From Octopus vulgaris (lineage: Eukaryota): a stretch of DNA of 64,000 bases. Location of the stretch: assembly GCA_951406725.2 (NCBI GenBank), contig OX597824.1, positions 84,196,001-84,260,000 of the forward strand, given 5' to 3'. Under the pieces are notes generated by a model. The model saw only the letters and a program-made list of their open reading frames with translations. It had not been told where the DNA came from and made no database searches. A program made the translations under genes and the position numbers. How positions within the stretch are numbered: position 1 is the first letter of the stretch; every line of letters begins with the position of its first letter. Below, in pieces: positions 28,111 through 42,944 of the stretch.

Positions 28111-28817
28111 GTATGGCTCTGTGGTAAGAAGCTTGCTTCCCAACCACATGGTTCCAGGTTCAGTCCTACTGTATGGCACCTTGGGCAAGTGTCTTCTACT
28201 ATAGTCCTGGGTCAACCAAAGCCTTGTGAGTGAATTTTTAGTAGATGGACACTGAAAGAAGCTCATCGTCTATGTTTATATATACATGTGTGTGTGTGTG
28301 TGTCTTTGTGTCTGTGTTTGTCCTGCCACCATGGCTTGACAACTGGTTCTTGTGTGTTTACATCCCCTTAGCAGTTCAGCAAAAAGCGACTGATAGAATA
28401 ATTACCGGGCTTTAAAAATTAAGCACTGGGGTTAATACATTCGACTACAAATTCCTCAAGGTGGTGCTCCAGCATGGCCACAGTCTAATGTTCCTTCTCG
28501 AGCCATGCCTGGCTCATAAGGGTCGGTTTCTTGGCATATAGGTTCCCCACCTGGATAGGACGCCAGTCCATCGCAGGTGAGCTGCAAGATGCAGGAGGAA
28601 AGAGTAAAAGAAAGTTGCGGTGAAAGAGTCAGCAGAAATTTGGCCAATGCCTTCTGCCAGAGCCGCGTGGAGCTTAGGTGTTTCGCTCATAAACACACAC
28701 ATCGTCCGGTCTGAGATTCGAACCCGCGATCCCTCGACCGCGAGTCCGCTGCTCTAACCACTAGGCCATGTGCCTCCACTACAGTCTAATGACTGAAGCA
28801 AGTAAAAGATAAAAGAT
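28111..28817 (+). mobile_element. SINE family A with a nested family C' copy (28491-28780, minus strand)
   Basis: 11-bp TSD acagtctaatg at 28480-28490 and 28781-28791 inside the family A tail. Confidence 0.9.
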
Positions 28818-29399
28818 CTGTTTACTCAACATTCCACCCCATCACCCACCACCACCACCACCACCGCCATCACTCCCCCACACCACACCTGATCCTTATT
28901 TCTTGAGCCTTCCTGAAATGCATGTAAGTCTTGCAGGTTCCTTATTTGCCTTCCATACCATTGTAAGTGAGAGGTGCCATCTGTCATCTTACTTGACTTG
29001 AATCTATAATTCCATTAGCATTGATAAATTTTCTTGCTTTATGTTATTCGTAAATGGAAATTTCTAATTCTTTAATTTAATGTATGATTATATCCTATTT
29101 CTTTCCTATCTTCGTTGTTTACGTATCCTAACTTAATTATAATTTCATTTCCATATCTGATGTTGCAGTCAGTGAATAATTTGCATGATATTCTATGTGA
29201 TATCACAAGCACGAAATTATCGTAACCTCACTGCATGTGATATCATTACAAGCCACGAACAATATTCTTTTGACCATATGTATCACAGATGTTGAAATCT
29301 CTGCATGTAAGGGCTTCGTATCAGGAAAGGGATCCAGCCAGCGAAAAGTCTTGCCCAACACATGACAGCATGGAAAAACTGGATGTAAAAGTATAATGG

Positions 29400-29705
29400 G
29401 GATGATGGTGGTGATGGTGGTAGTGATGGTAGTCATCATCATTGTCATCATCAGTGGTGTCTTTGTCATCATCATCGTCATCACCATTGTCATCGATAAT
29501 CATCATCATCATCATATTCATCATCAATGTCATATTCATCATCATCATCACTGCAATCGTTGTCTTCATCATCATCATCATTATCATCCTCATCATCATC
29601 CTCATTATCACGCTCATCTTCATCATCATTGTTATCATCATTATCTCCATTATCATCATCATCTTCTTCATCAGTATCATCATCACAAGCACCAAATTAT
29701 CATCA
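29400..29705. repeat. Degenerate (CAT)n array
   Basis: Direct reading. Confidence 0.9.
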
Positions 29706-30526
29706 CTTTACTGTGAGTGATAATATGAGCACAGAGGAATATCTTCCCTTTATTCAATATGTGTATTTGATATCACATAAGATAATCTTCATTTCACTCT
29801 TTACGATATTATAATACAAAAACCAAATTTACCTCATCCTAGTGTATGAGATATTACAAGAACTAAATTATCGTTTTCTCATTTATCAACATGTGAAATT
29901 TTACATGTTCTCAGATGTACAGATTATCATCACTTCTACCAAATGTAATATCACATGGAGAAAATATTTAAAATTTATCGGGATTGCATAACTGGGTCGT
30001 TCAAAAGCACACTTTATAACCATGTTGGCACAGGTTCAGTTCCACTGACTAGCACTTTAAGCTAGTCTCTCCTACTACAGTCCTGGACTAACCAATACTT
30101 GTGCATGAATTTGGTAGGTGGAAACTGTATGGAAGCCTGTTGCATGTATACATATATGTACGTTTGTGCGTAAGTTTGTGTTTGTTCTGTCCTACTTGAC
30201 AACTGGTGTTGGTTTGTTTACAGCCCAGTACCATTTGAAGATTCTGAGACCAAGGAAGCAAGTTCTTCAATAATACGTAGAACATCTTTGACAAGCCAAA
30301 CCCCACCACCACCATCACCTGCCTTTATTCATCTGGAACACATAATTGCCAACTCTGCCTTTCTGAGAAGCTACATATATATTGCAGCATCCTGTAATAT
30401 TCATCATCTGTCTTATCATCATTTTCTTATCATAAATCAAACACTTGCTAATTAATTTCAAACCATCGGTTGCTATGACACCAGAAAGACCACCATAACT
30501 CTATCTATCCAGTATAGGGGAGGTAT

Positions 30527-30834
30527 GAAGTGGTGAGCTGGCAGAACAGTTAGCACACCAGGCAAAATGCTTTGCAGCATTTCATCCATCATTAACGTCC
30601 TGAGTTCAAATTCTTCCGAGGTCAACTTTGCCTTTAATTCTTTTGGGGGTTAATAAAATAAGTACCAGTAGGAGTGGCTGTGTGGTAAGTAGCTGATTAC
30701 CAACCACATGGTTCCGGGTTCAGTCCCACTGTGTAGCACCATGGGCAAGTGTCTTCTACTATAGCCTCGGGCTGACCAAAGCCTTGTGAGTGGATTTGGT
30801 AGACAGAAACTCAAAGAAGCCCGTCGTATATATG

Positions 30835-30903
<69 letters not shown>

Positions 30904-31185
30904 ATGTATGTTTGTGTCTGTGTTTGCCCTCACCCCCCAACATCGCTTGACAACCGATGCTGGTGTGTTTGCGTCCCTGTAACTTAGCGGTTCGACAAAA
31001 GTGACTGATAGAATAAGTACTAGGCTTACAAAGAATAAGTCCTGGGGGCGATTTGCTTGACTAAAGGTGGTGCTCCAGCATGGCCACAGTCAAATGACTG
31101 AAGCAAGTAAAAGCGGAAAAAGGAAAAAGAGTAACTGGGGTTGAACCTGATCTCACAATGTTACTGGCCTTGTGCCAAAGTTTGA
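30527..31185 (+). mobile_element. SINE family B interrupted by a full family A copy (~30669-31130)
   Basis: B core ends 'aataagtaccagt' and resumes 'actggggttga...ttactggccttgtgccaaa' after the A tail. Confidence 0.8.
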
Positions 31186-31903
31186 AACCAATATAGGAAA
31201 GGTAAAGAAACTCAGCTTGCTCTTTATAAGAATGTTCCTCTTCCACTGACCATCAGTTCTGCTTATCACTATTAAAACCTTGCAACAAATGCCACCACAC
31301 AATATGCAACACATCAGCGAGTAACCTCGATTGTTCTTGATTATTAACATTGCCGTTGGAAAAGAAGTGACAGGGATAATCTTTCTGTCTGATGTCGATG
31401 ACCTGTCAACTTCAACGTGTGATAGAATCAGCTGGGGGTTAGCTAGGTTGTTTCCTCCATCAGGTGAAATGACAAACAAGAATGTCATTGGCTTGTCATC
31501 TTTAACCCATGACCTGAACTGACAAATGGAGGTTCACAACCATTCTCACCTGGAAGCATAAGTGCAGGAACTAAATTTTCTTACTTGCAAAACTCAGGCC
31601 CAAAATTTTTTACAAAGTCAGATTTTTTGCAATTTTAATTTCAAAACAAACACAGATATAATAATCCTTCCTACTATAGGCACAAGGCCTGAGATTTTGG
31701 GGGCAGGTGACTAGTCAATTACATTGCTTAATTTATCAACTCGAAAGGATGAAAGGCAGAATTTGAACTCAGAACGTAGCAATGGGCAAAATACTGCTAA
31801 GCATCTCGTCCAGCATGCTAACAATTCTGCCAGCTTGCAGCCTTAAAAAAATTGTTCTCATGCTAGGAATAGAACCCGAAGCACAAGTATAATAATGATA
31901 ATA

Positions 31904-31951
<48 letters not shown>

Positions 31952-32373
31952 TGTGCATCTCTGATCACCAAGCAGAAGTAGTGGGGGAGCATCATAGCCG
32001 TGTGTTGAAAGGAATTTCTGGAGGTTTGGATAATTCACCTTTGGAAACATGGGTGGTTCATTCAACATCCTTAAACAATCCTTATTCAGGGACCTTTTGA
32101 GCGAGATGGGCAACTCGACCAGAAGAAAATTCTAACTGGGCCCCACCTCCAATGTCATGCGCTGTTTATCTTGATATGAGATCACCATGTCGTGCAGATA
32201 TGGTTGTGATGCATGTGCCTGGTGTACCCTTATCAGACAGGTAATCATGATTGGTATACTGGGCTTCATATATTTTACCCCAGTAAAATATGCATTCAGT
32301 GTTTTTCTTCATTCATTTTTACACCTACATCTGTGTGCGAGCACATGCAAAAATATGTGTTCTTTTGTGGGTG

Positions 32374-32405
<32 letters not shown>

Positions 32406-32419
32406 AAATGTAGCCATAT

Positions 32420-32587
32420 GTGAATCGTTGCCGATTTTTTTCCTCCGTCTCCTGTTTCTGATGAAGAGCTTTGCTGGAAACATAAAACCTACCTTTCTTT
32501 CTTTCTCTGAGAGTTTGCTAATACTTTCTATGTACTATGTCCTCACGTTGTTGTTTTTTCTTGTGTTTATTTCTCGTTTTGGGGGGG

Positions 32588-32590
<3 letters not shown>
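32420..32590 (+). mobile_element. Penelope-like terminal-repeat fragment with minimal hammerhead motif (32454-32488)
   Basis: gttt-CTGATGA-agagctttgctg-GAAAC-ata-aaac, followed by (TA)n. Confidence 0.55.
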
Positions 32591-32642
<52 letters not shown>

Positions 32643-32713
32643 TGTATATATATGTATATATATGTATATGTATATGTATATATATATATATATGTATATA
32701 TGTATATATATAT

Positions 32714-32787
<74 letters not shown>

Positions 32788-32969
32788 GTATATATATATA
32801 TACACGCATACATACATTCATGTGTGTCTGCACACATACATATATGTACATATATTATGATATATAGATATATATAATAAATATGCACAAACACACACAC
32901 ACGTGTGTGTGTGTATCCGCATGATGATGACATATATATTATATATATATATGGATGTATGTATGTATG

Positions 32970-33003
<34 letters not shown>

Positions 33004-33382
33004 CACACACACACATACAGGTGTGTGTGCGTGTGTGTGTGTGTGTGTATCTTCTGACATATATGTTTATATCATATGGTTTAGCTAACGAATTAGGAAT
33101 TGAATTACATTTTATAATTTCCAGCACAATCTATATTAAAGTTCACCGAATGACTACAACAGTGAGATGTGTGTGAATGTTAGTGTGTATGCACATATGT
33201 ATGTGCTGTATACATATTCATATATGTGTTAGCATATGCCTGCTTCAATCATCAGCGTACTTAAAGCAATTTCCTGTGACGACAGTGAAGAATTCCGTTG
33301 CAAAATAGAAAAGGGAAAAGAAAACAGAATTAAAATTCCAAATTAAAAAAATTTTATTACCTTAGAGTAAAATATATGTATG

Positions 33383-34352
33383 TCATTATTCAGTTTATTT
33401 CAAGATAACTTGCCAAAGGAGAAAGAGCCAGTTTCTCACCTAGATCCAAGGCTCTTTCATTGGAATTTCAACATCGACAACATGGTGTGTATGTATGTAT
33501 GTATGTATGTATGTATGTATGTATGTATGTATGTCATTATTCAGTTTATTTCAAGATTTATTGCCAATAGAAGAACCTAGGTCCAAGGCTCTTTCATTGG
33601 AATTTCAACATCGACAACATGGTATGTATGTATGTATGTATGTATGTATGTATGTATGTATGTATGTATGTATGTATGTATGTATGTATGTCATTATTCA
33701 GTTTATTTCAAGATTTATTGCCAATAGAGAAAGAACTAGTTCCTAACCTAGATCCAAAGCTTCTTCATTGGAATTTCAACACCAACAACAGGGTATTTTT
33801 GTTTGTTTGTTTGTATGTATGTATGTATATATGTATGCAAAAATGTATGTATTCTCATGCATATAGTTGCATATATAGACAAGCTCATATATATTTAAAT
33901 GATAAACTTCTGGAAAGTTTTACAGATTTTTGCAGTTCCAGTGATGGATTGGATCTGTATTCTTTGATTTAACTTTCTCCTTTTTGGTTTTGAGAAGCCT
34001 AAATTCTCAAGCTTGGTGTTTAGGCAGTGTGTTACATATCCTAGGGCCCCAATAATTACAGGTACCAACCTGAACTTGTAATCTGGTTAGAGTAAGTGCA
34101 GATTTCTCAATAGTTCAGCATAGGTGCTCTCTCTTTCACTGATCTTCAGCTTTATGTTAACATCCTCTGGGCAGCTAATTTCCACAACTGTACACAGTTT
34201 CTCTTCTCTATCCCAAATCATTATATCAGGTCTGTTGTGCTTACATTTTATTAGGGTCTTCAATGTATTCAGTTTATTTCAAGATTTCCTGCCACTAGAA
34301 GAACCTAGATCCTAGGCTCATTCATTGGAATTTCAACATCATCAACAGGGTT
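33383..34352 (-). mobile_element. Four head-to-tail 5'-truncated copies of an RLE (R4/Dong-like) non-LTR retrotransposon, family 1
   Basis: Shared 3' end (plus strand tattcagtttatttcaagat...cattggaatttcaaca) at ~33383, 33533, 33691 and 34266; the first three are separated by (TATG)n, the fourth abuts the truncation point of the third. Confidence 0.85.
33895..34260 (-). pseudogene. Restriction-like endonuclease (PD-(D/E)xK-type) domain of non-LTR retrotransposon, family 1
   Basis: KTLIKCKHNRPDIMIWDREEKLCTVVEISCPEDVNIKLKISERESTYAELLRNLHLL*PDYKFRLVPVIIGALGYV...SITGTAKICKTFQKFII*; one internal stop. Confidence 0.88.
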
Positions 34353-34364
34353 TTTGTATGTATG

Positions 34365-34762
34365 TCTCTTGAATCTTTTTAATTCTTATAAATCTTCCAC
34401 TGAGGAGGGAGCCAGTTTCCAACAAAGATACATGGCTCCATCTTTGGGATGTAGTTAGCACACAGAAGAATTTACATTTGGAACTTGAGAAAAGTCTTGC
34501 ATATTTTTACTGTTCCACTCACAGATTGCACTTGTAATGTGTGAATATGCCGGTTAATTTCTCTTTCTGAAAATCCCAGTTTGTCCAGATTCTCCTTTAA
34601 GCATTTACTAACAAAACTTAGTACTCCAATTACTATTGGTATGAATATGAATTCATAGCCTGGATATAGAAGCCGGAGATTTCAAAGCAGTTATCCATAG
34701 ATGTCCTCTTTTTCTTTGATTTTCAAAGAGATATTTATATCTGCAGGGTCGCTGACCTCTAT
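34365..34762 (-). pseudogene. Second, divergent RLE retrotransposon 3' fragment (family 2); ORF remnant 34472-34759
   Basis: EVSDPADINISLKIKEKEDIYG*LL*NLRLLYPGYEFIFIPIVIGVLSFVSKCLKENLDKLGFSEREINRHIHTLQVQSVSGTVKICKTFLKFQM*; collinear with family 1; (TATG)n on both sides. Confidence 0.85.
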
Positions 34763-34869
34763 GATCTATGTATGTATGTATGTATCTGTGTATGAGGGGT
34801 TAGAGTGTGTGTATGTGTGTTCATATGTCTGCATGTTTGTATGTGCACCTGATTGTTACCAGCATCGCC

Positions 34870-35073
34870 TGACTGGCCCCCATGCCGGTTGCACGTAAAA
34901 AGCACCCACTACACTCTGAGCGTAGTTGGCATTAGGAAAGGCATTCAGCTGTAGAAACTCTGCCAGATCAAGATTGGAGCCTGGTGCAGCTATCTGGTTC
35001 GCCAGTCCTCAGTCAAATTGTCCAACCCATGCTAGCATGGAAAGTGGACGTTAAACGATGATTATGATGATGA
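34870..35073 (+). mobile_element. Family D element
   Basis: tgccggttgcacgtaaaaagcacc...gtccaacccatgctagcatggaaagtggacgttaaacgatga. Confidence 0.85.
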
Positions 35074-35847
35074 TCTTTGTGTGTGTGAAGGTGTGTTATC
35101 TAGTAATTAATGTGTTACACTCACAATTGCCAGATTATGGGTTCAATTCCCAAACCAAGGAATGTATTGAGCAAAACCCTTCAATTCTGTAAATGGATAA
35201 TCCTGCAATGGATTAGCTTTCCAATCTGATAGAATGTTGGCCTGCTTCTCAAGCCAGCAGAGTGACATCATTCAAAAGCGAAAAAATATGATGCATTGTA
35301 TAACAGCATCTGATAGTCAGGAAGATTCTGTGAACCCATGATCCATACACACACACACACACACACATTTAAAAATTTGACAAAACACAACAAATGGAAA
35401 ATTTAACAAAACCATAACGAATGAAAGATTAGTAGCTAATTCCTCATTAGTCAACGTCTAAAAGCTCCTTACAATTTTGCACCTTTAATATTAATATTGT
35501 TGATTTTTGGTGGCGCCAGTGATGAAAAGCCGCTGGGAATAGCTAATGAACATACAGGACAATGACAAAAAGAAACACGATGACCCCCCATCACCAGTTG
35601 TCAAACGGTGATGGGGGAACAAACACAGACACAAAGACACACACACATAGAATATATGAATATATATATACACAATGGGTTTCTTTCAGCTTCTGTGTAC
35701 CATATCCAAAGCTATAATAGAAGACACTTGCCCAAGGTGCCATGCAGTGGGACTGAACCCAAAACCATGTGATTGGGTTGGGAAACAAACTTCTTACCAC
35801 ACAGTCATACCTGCCCTTACATACATACATACATACATGACATTTAT

Positions 35848-37400
35848 TTAGCTGTGAATAAGTTGAATAACAATAATCCTCCAGGGACTGATAGAATCTG
35901 TGCTGAGGTCTTGAAATATGGGGGTGACAAAATATTTGAACTCTTAAATATCTAAATTTATCACTGTTGGAGAACTGAGGAAGTGCCTCAAGACTGGATT
36001 GATGCCATTTTAGTCTCCTTGTATAAATTGGGGCCAAAGGATCTATGTGGTAATTTTCATGGGATTTCGCTTTTGTCTGTAGTTGGAAAGGTACTTGCCT
36101 GCATTCTGTTAGAACCTTTAATTACCTTCATGGTTCCAAATATAGTGTCTGAGTCTTAATATGATTTTCACTCCTCCAGGGGCACAGTTGATTGTATATT
36201 TAGTATCAAGCAATTGTAAGAAAAGTGTATTGAACAGAATTTTGCCCTATACCATTGCTTTGTTGATTTAAGCATTGCATTTGGCATGCTCTGTGGCTAA
36301 TCTTAAAGAAAATAGGTTATCCAGAAGAATTTACAAACATGATCAGGGCTTTGCATCAAGATACGAAGGCTAGAGTTAATTTTAGTGGTAGGCTCTCTGA
36401 ATCTTTTGCCATGGAAAATGGAGTAAAGCAGATGCCTTGATGCACCCACCCTCTCTTTGCAATATATTTTGCTGTTGTGCTGTTACACACTTTTCAAAAC
36501 TCCAAGTAGGATGTTTACATAAAATACCGAACAACAGGGAATGTTTTTAATCTGACCAAACTGAAATTCAAAACAAAGGTTTCTATTTCACTCATTAGAG
36601 GACTCTTAAATGCTTGACGATTACGATCTAGTTGGTCACTCAGAAATGGGCCTGCAATCTCTTGTATCTGCATTTGACACAGCTTGTGATGATTTGGGAT
36701 TGACCATCAACCTGAAAAAAAAAAAACAGTTGCAATGTTTCAACTTGCACATGATGCTGTTTGCAACCCCACTAGAATTTTTGTTAAGGGTTAGTTACTT
36801 GACTCTTTCATTTACCTTGGAAGCTCTGTACAAAATGATGAAAATCTGGACACAGAAATACATCTGCAAATTCAAAGAGCAGCACAAACATTTGGTGATT
36901 TGGAGTCACATGTTTGGCGTCAATGACATAAATAATAGCACAAAATTGGCTCTTTGCAAATTGTTTGTCTTACCATCCCTGCTTTATTCTTCTGGAATAT
37001 GGATGTGTTATGAAAGAAATTTTAAACATTAAATGAGGCTTTTTACTCCAGACACAGATGTCTTTGCGTCTTCAGGCATCACTTCAATTAAATCAATGAT
37101 TCTGTAAAACCAAAGGAAATGTGCAAATGGCAGGTGAACGTACACCCAAACAGCTGCTTTATGGTGAGCTTACAGAGGGAAAATGCAATCAGTGTAAACC
37201 TAAAATGAGGTTTAAGGACGACATAAGGACTACCATGAAGTCACTGGAATGGATCCAAAGGCCATAGAAACCCTGGCTTCTGACTGAGCTGGGTGGTAAA
37301 CAAAAGTGTGGCGTTGAGTGAAAGTGTTTGAGGAGGCCAGGAAACTGCTTAACCAAAAACTTCTTAACCAAACACCCATACCTGGCTTGAGCAAGACTTT
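35848..37400 (+). pseudogene. Decayed RTE/BovB-like LINE reverse transcriptase region
   Basis: PGTDRICAEVLKYGG; EVPQDWIDAILVSLYK; GNFHGISLLSVVGKVLACIL; RGTVDCIF; CFVDLSIAF; NGVKQ; frameshifted ADD; GLTINLKK; ERTPKQLLYGEL..GK..KPKMRFKD. Many stops and frameshifts. Confidence 0.92.
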
Positions 37401-38175
37401 TTTTTAGAAAAACTAGCAGTTGCCTATATGTGCAAATGTCTCCTCTCCATATCATAAACTTGGCCGATGTAGCTTGGCACCTGTCTTGTTGCCAGTACCT
37501 AACCTGACCTTGTGTGTGCTTTGGTGTTTGTCCCCCACTCCCACTTGACAGCTGGAGTTGGTTTGTTTACATCCCTGTAGCTTAGTGGTTCAGCAGAAGA
37601 GTCTGATAGAATTAAGTACCAGGCTTACAAAAATAAAAAAAAAATTACCACTGGGGTTGTTTCATTCGACTAAAACCCTTCAAGGTGATGCACCAGCATG
37701 GCTGTAACCCAAAGACTTTTAAAAAAAAGTAATAAAAGAATGAAGATGACCTTGGTGGAATTTGAACTTACAACATCGAGAGTTAGAAGTAATATTCTGA
37801 GACATTGTATCCAACACTCTAATAACAGTTCTGCTAATTCACTTGCCTTTGGTAGTTCTTTTGATTGAATAACTGAACGCTCATTGGAAAAATCTATAAA
37901 GGATCAATTTAGTTTCCCCACCCCCCGTATAATTAGCTCATAACTTTGTAGGTGGTGGTGGTGGTGCTGGTGGTGGGTGAAGGATATTAAGTTTTCTTTC
38001 ATTTGATTGTTATCTGTGATGAAATATTTTAGAAACTAGATTATGCATCTGGGTTGAATAAAAAGGTTTTTGTTATCATTAGCGCACATGCACATGTGCA
38101 GATATGCACATTTGCATTCAGACACATGCCCATACATACAGATGCATACATATTTACACATCGACAAATACATAC

Positions 38176-38303
<128 letters not shown>

Positions 38304-38487
38304 GTGTATTTATATATATATATATATATCATCATCATCGTTTAACGTCCGCTTTCCATGCTAGCATGGGTTGGATATATATATGTATATGTATATATAT
38401 TTATATGTGTTATATATATATTATACATACATGCATACATATATATATGTACATATATACATACATATATATATGCACATATGCATG

Positions 38488-38575
<88 letters not shown>

Positions 38576-38915
38576 CACATATGCATACATACATACATAC
38601 ATACAAATGTGTACATACAAACACATACACACGGAGATGCAAAGGGAGTGAGAGACAGACAAAGTGCACGATACCTTCAGTTGTCAGTAGTTTCGAAGAG
38701 AGAACATTTTCATAAAATGTTTAGTTTTATTCCTTAGATTCTTGAACAATTTTCTCTTTCTTTTCTTCTTTATTTTGAGTAACTAAATTGTGTAAAGAAA
38801 TATTTTTCTGTTTTGAAATTTCTTATGTAAAATATTTACAATGTTTTAGAAAGCTTTTCTGTATTTAGAATGTAAGAATATAAAAATATAAAATATTAAA
38901 AATTTTATAGATATA

Positions 38916-39322
38916 GGCGCAGGAGTGGCTGTGTGGTAAGTAGCTTGCTTACCAACCACATGGTTCCGGGTTCAATCCCACTGCATGGCACCATGGGCAA
39001 GCGTATTCTACTATAGCCTCGGGCCGACCAAAGCCTTGTGAGTGGATTTGGTAGACAGAAACTGAAAGAAGCCCGTCGTATATATGTATATGTATATATA
39101 TATGTGTGTATGTGTTTGCCCCCCCCCCCTCCCCCAACATTGCTTTACAACTGATGCTGGTGTATTTACATCTCTGTAACTTAGCAGTTCGGTAAAAGAG
39201 ACCGATAGAATAAGTACTAGGCTTCCAAAGAATAAGTCCTGGGGTCGATTTGCTCGACTAAAGGTGGTGCTCCAGCATGGCCACAGTCAAATAACTGAAA
39301 CAAGTAAAAGAGAAAAAGAGAA
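38916..39322 (+). mobile_element. SINE family A, full length
   Basis: ggcgcaggagtggctgtgtggtaag...actgaaacaagtaaaagagaaaaagag. Confidence 0.92.
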
Positions 39323-39602
39323 ATACATATGTGTGTGTGTGTGTAGATATTTTCTGAGATCCCATGAAATTCCTTGACCCTAGTGTAATGTACCTCTGCT
39401 TCCTCTGCTCCCATTAGTCCTGTCTTGAAGTTCCAGTTATTTAAATGATGAAAAAGATCATGTCATCTCTTGTTAGCATATATGATTCTATCCCATTGCT
39501 GGTTGGGTTAAAATCTTGTTTGGAGTTGCTACTATAGTTGTTATCATTATTCTGTTGACTCTATTAAATATCATAAGATCTCTGGTGTTGTACTGTTTGT
39601 CA

Positions 39603-40296
<694 letters not shown>

Positions 40297-41707
40297 TATT
40301 TCATCATATTGCTGTTATTCAAGCTCAAATTTGCCTTGACCAAGCAGGTTTATAATTAAAGACATTCAAGCTATGACCATTCAGTCCTGGTTTTAGGAAA
40401 GATAAATTTTGAAAATGTGTGGAAGTTTTTGAAAACAAATTCATGATTTTTTTAAAAAGATAGTTGAGAAATTTTCGCTTACATTGCTGCTTATTTTATT
40501 AGATTTTCTAAATTATAGCATCTTTCTGCCATTGGTCATCTATTATGTAAATTCTGTTACAATGCTCTGTACTGTCTTCTGGAATCAGTTACATTTCATT
40601 TCTATAGAAATCTTAAAACCATATCATCACAACTACTGTTACCATCTCCTTTTTCTCTACCACCATCACCAAACCAGCTTAGGGGTTTTCCCTTTCAGAA
40701 TATTACATTATTTCATAAGGATTTCTTTACTGGTCTTTCTTTATTGGACTTTCTTCAAGCCCTGCTGCTGTTGCTGCTGGGGTGGAGTGGGTGTTGGATT
40801 TTTACTATTATTTTGTTGTTGTTGTTGTTATAATTGAATTCTTCTTCCACTATTATGTTTAACCAATGCCTGTTGTTTTCAGTTCCATTTTCCAAGACAT
40901 GAGCTGAAACTCTGAAACTTAATTCTTCCTTCTTCCTCTACATTAAATATCTTTCTCACTCCCACTATCTCCCTTTCCCCTCTCTCATTCCTTCTCTTCT
41001 CCCCTTTACTCTTCCTTTTTCTCTCTCTCTCTCCCTTCCCCTCTTACTCCTACTCTCTTTCTCTTTCGCTTCCTCTTTTTCCCCTCCTTCCTTTCCTTCC
41101 CGCTCTCTCTCTCCCTTCCCCTATTATTCTATTCCTCTTACTCTTACTCTCTCTTTCGCTTCCTCTTTTTCCCCTCTTTCCTTTTCTTCCTTTCCTTCCC
41201 GCTCTCCCTCCCTCCTCCCCTCTCTCTCCCATCTATTCACTTCTTTACAGAATCCTTTTTGTTCATTTACAACCCTCCCCCTCCTTTATCTTTTTATTTT
41301 TATTCGTCTTAACCACTTTAGCTAAGGCCATTCTGGAGTACTGCCTTTCAAATTTTTGTTCCTTTCTTTCTTTTCTTTAATTTAAATCACAACGGCTGAG
41401 GTCATACTAGAGCACTGCCTTTAGCTAATTTTTAGCTTGTCTCAGCCATTGCAGTGAAGCCCCCACTGGAGCAACATCTTTAGATTTGTTTTCCATTCAT
41501 TTTAGACAACCACGGTACTCTGAGTCCAAATTCCACCTAGAACTTCAAATCCCACTGGTTATCATGTTATTGACCCTCACACATTAAAAAGACTGTGACA
41601 CCAGCATCTCTCATCAATTGGAGAGGTTTCCCATTGTCTCAAAACAGTTGGACCTTAGATACAGAGACCTTTTGAGCCCAAACACTGATGAGATTGAACT
41701 CAGTACC

Positions 41708-41938
41708 TATTTCTTTACTACCCACAAGGGCCTAAACACAGAGGGGACAAACAAGGAGAGACAAATGGATTAAGTCGATTACATCGACCCCAGTGTGTAA
41801 CTGGTACTTAATTTATCGACCCCGAAAGGATGAAAGGTAAAGTCGACCTCGGCGGAATTTGAACTCGGAACATAACGGCAGACGAAATATACGGCTATGC
41901 ATTTCACCCAGCGTGCTAACGTTTCTGCCAGCTCGCCG
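41708..41938 (-). mobile_element. SINE family B, full length
   Basis: Reverse complement of family B. Confidence 0.9.
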
Positions 41939-42539
41939 TCTTCACCTCTACACTGATTGAGCTCATTATCAAATGGCCCCAGGATTTCAGAAACCTTGAA
42001 AATTACCCTTGACAATGAGGGAATTCTGATGATGATTTAGTGTCGTTGATTGTTTATTTGTTATGGAATAGTTTTGGGACACGAGAAACAAGTTTACCTC
42101 AGTGCTGTTTGAATTGAGCATCGACCATATCTGGTATCAATTTCCTCAGCAGAGCATCATACAACACTTTGGAATATTCGTCCTGTCCGTCGTCTTCTGC
42201 ACTCTGAGTTCAAATCCTACTATGGTTTATTTTCCCAATCATTCTTTCTGTAGCAGTCAGAAGCAATACTTATTTATTTAGGGTCTTTTTACTCCCTCTG
42301 TCTGAGCTATGCAAGCATGGCAAAATGGACATTAAGATGATGATGATGGTGGTAGTGGTTGTGGTGGTGGTGGTGGTGATGATACATAAATATGTTGTAT
42401 GTGAACAGTGGTAAAAAAATTTGAAAACAATTCTTTGATCTCTCTCCCTGCTCTTTGGTCTTCCTTTCCTCTGTCACATTGCACCTCACTACTTCTTATT
42501 CTCATTCCCTCTCTCTCTCTCTCTCTCTCTCTCCATATA

Positions 42540-42571
<32 letters not shown>

Positions 42572-42814
42572 AAACAATAATTCATTCAATCCTGAGTCAT
42601 AGATGTGCTCATACTATCACATAATATATATATTTATACACACACATTTGTATATATATATATATATATATATATCAACAGACACAAATTTATATTTATG
42701 TATATACATAGACAGATATATCATACATAATATGTCTTTGTCTGTGTGTGTGTACATATCAATTTTATATACAAAACAGATATATAATACATAATGTAGT
42801 GTGTATGTGTGCGG

Positions 42815-42944
42815 ATTCATATTTTTATCTATGTATAAACATAAATATAGATGTATAATACATACATGTGTGTGTGTGTATTCATATTTTTATCTATGTA
42901 TAAACATAAATATAGATGTATAATACATACATGTGTGTGTGTGT
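42815..42944. repeat. 65-bp tandem duplication
   Basis: attcatatttttatctatgtataaac...gtgtgt occurs twice. Confidence 0.9.
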
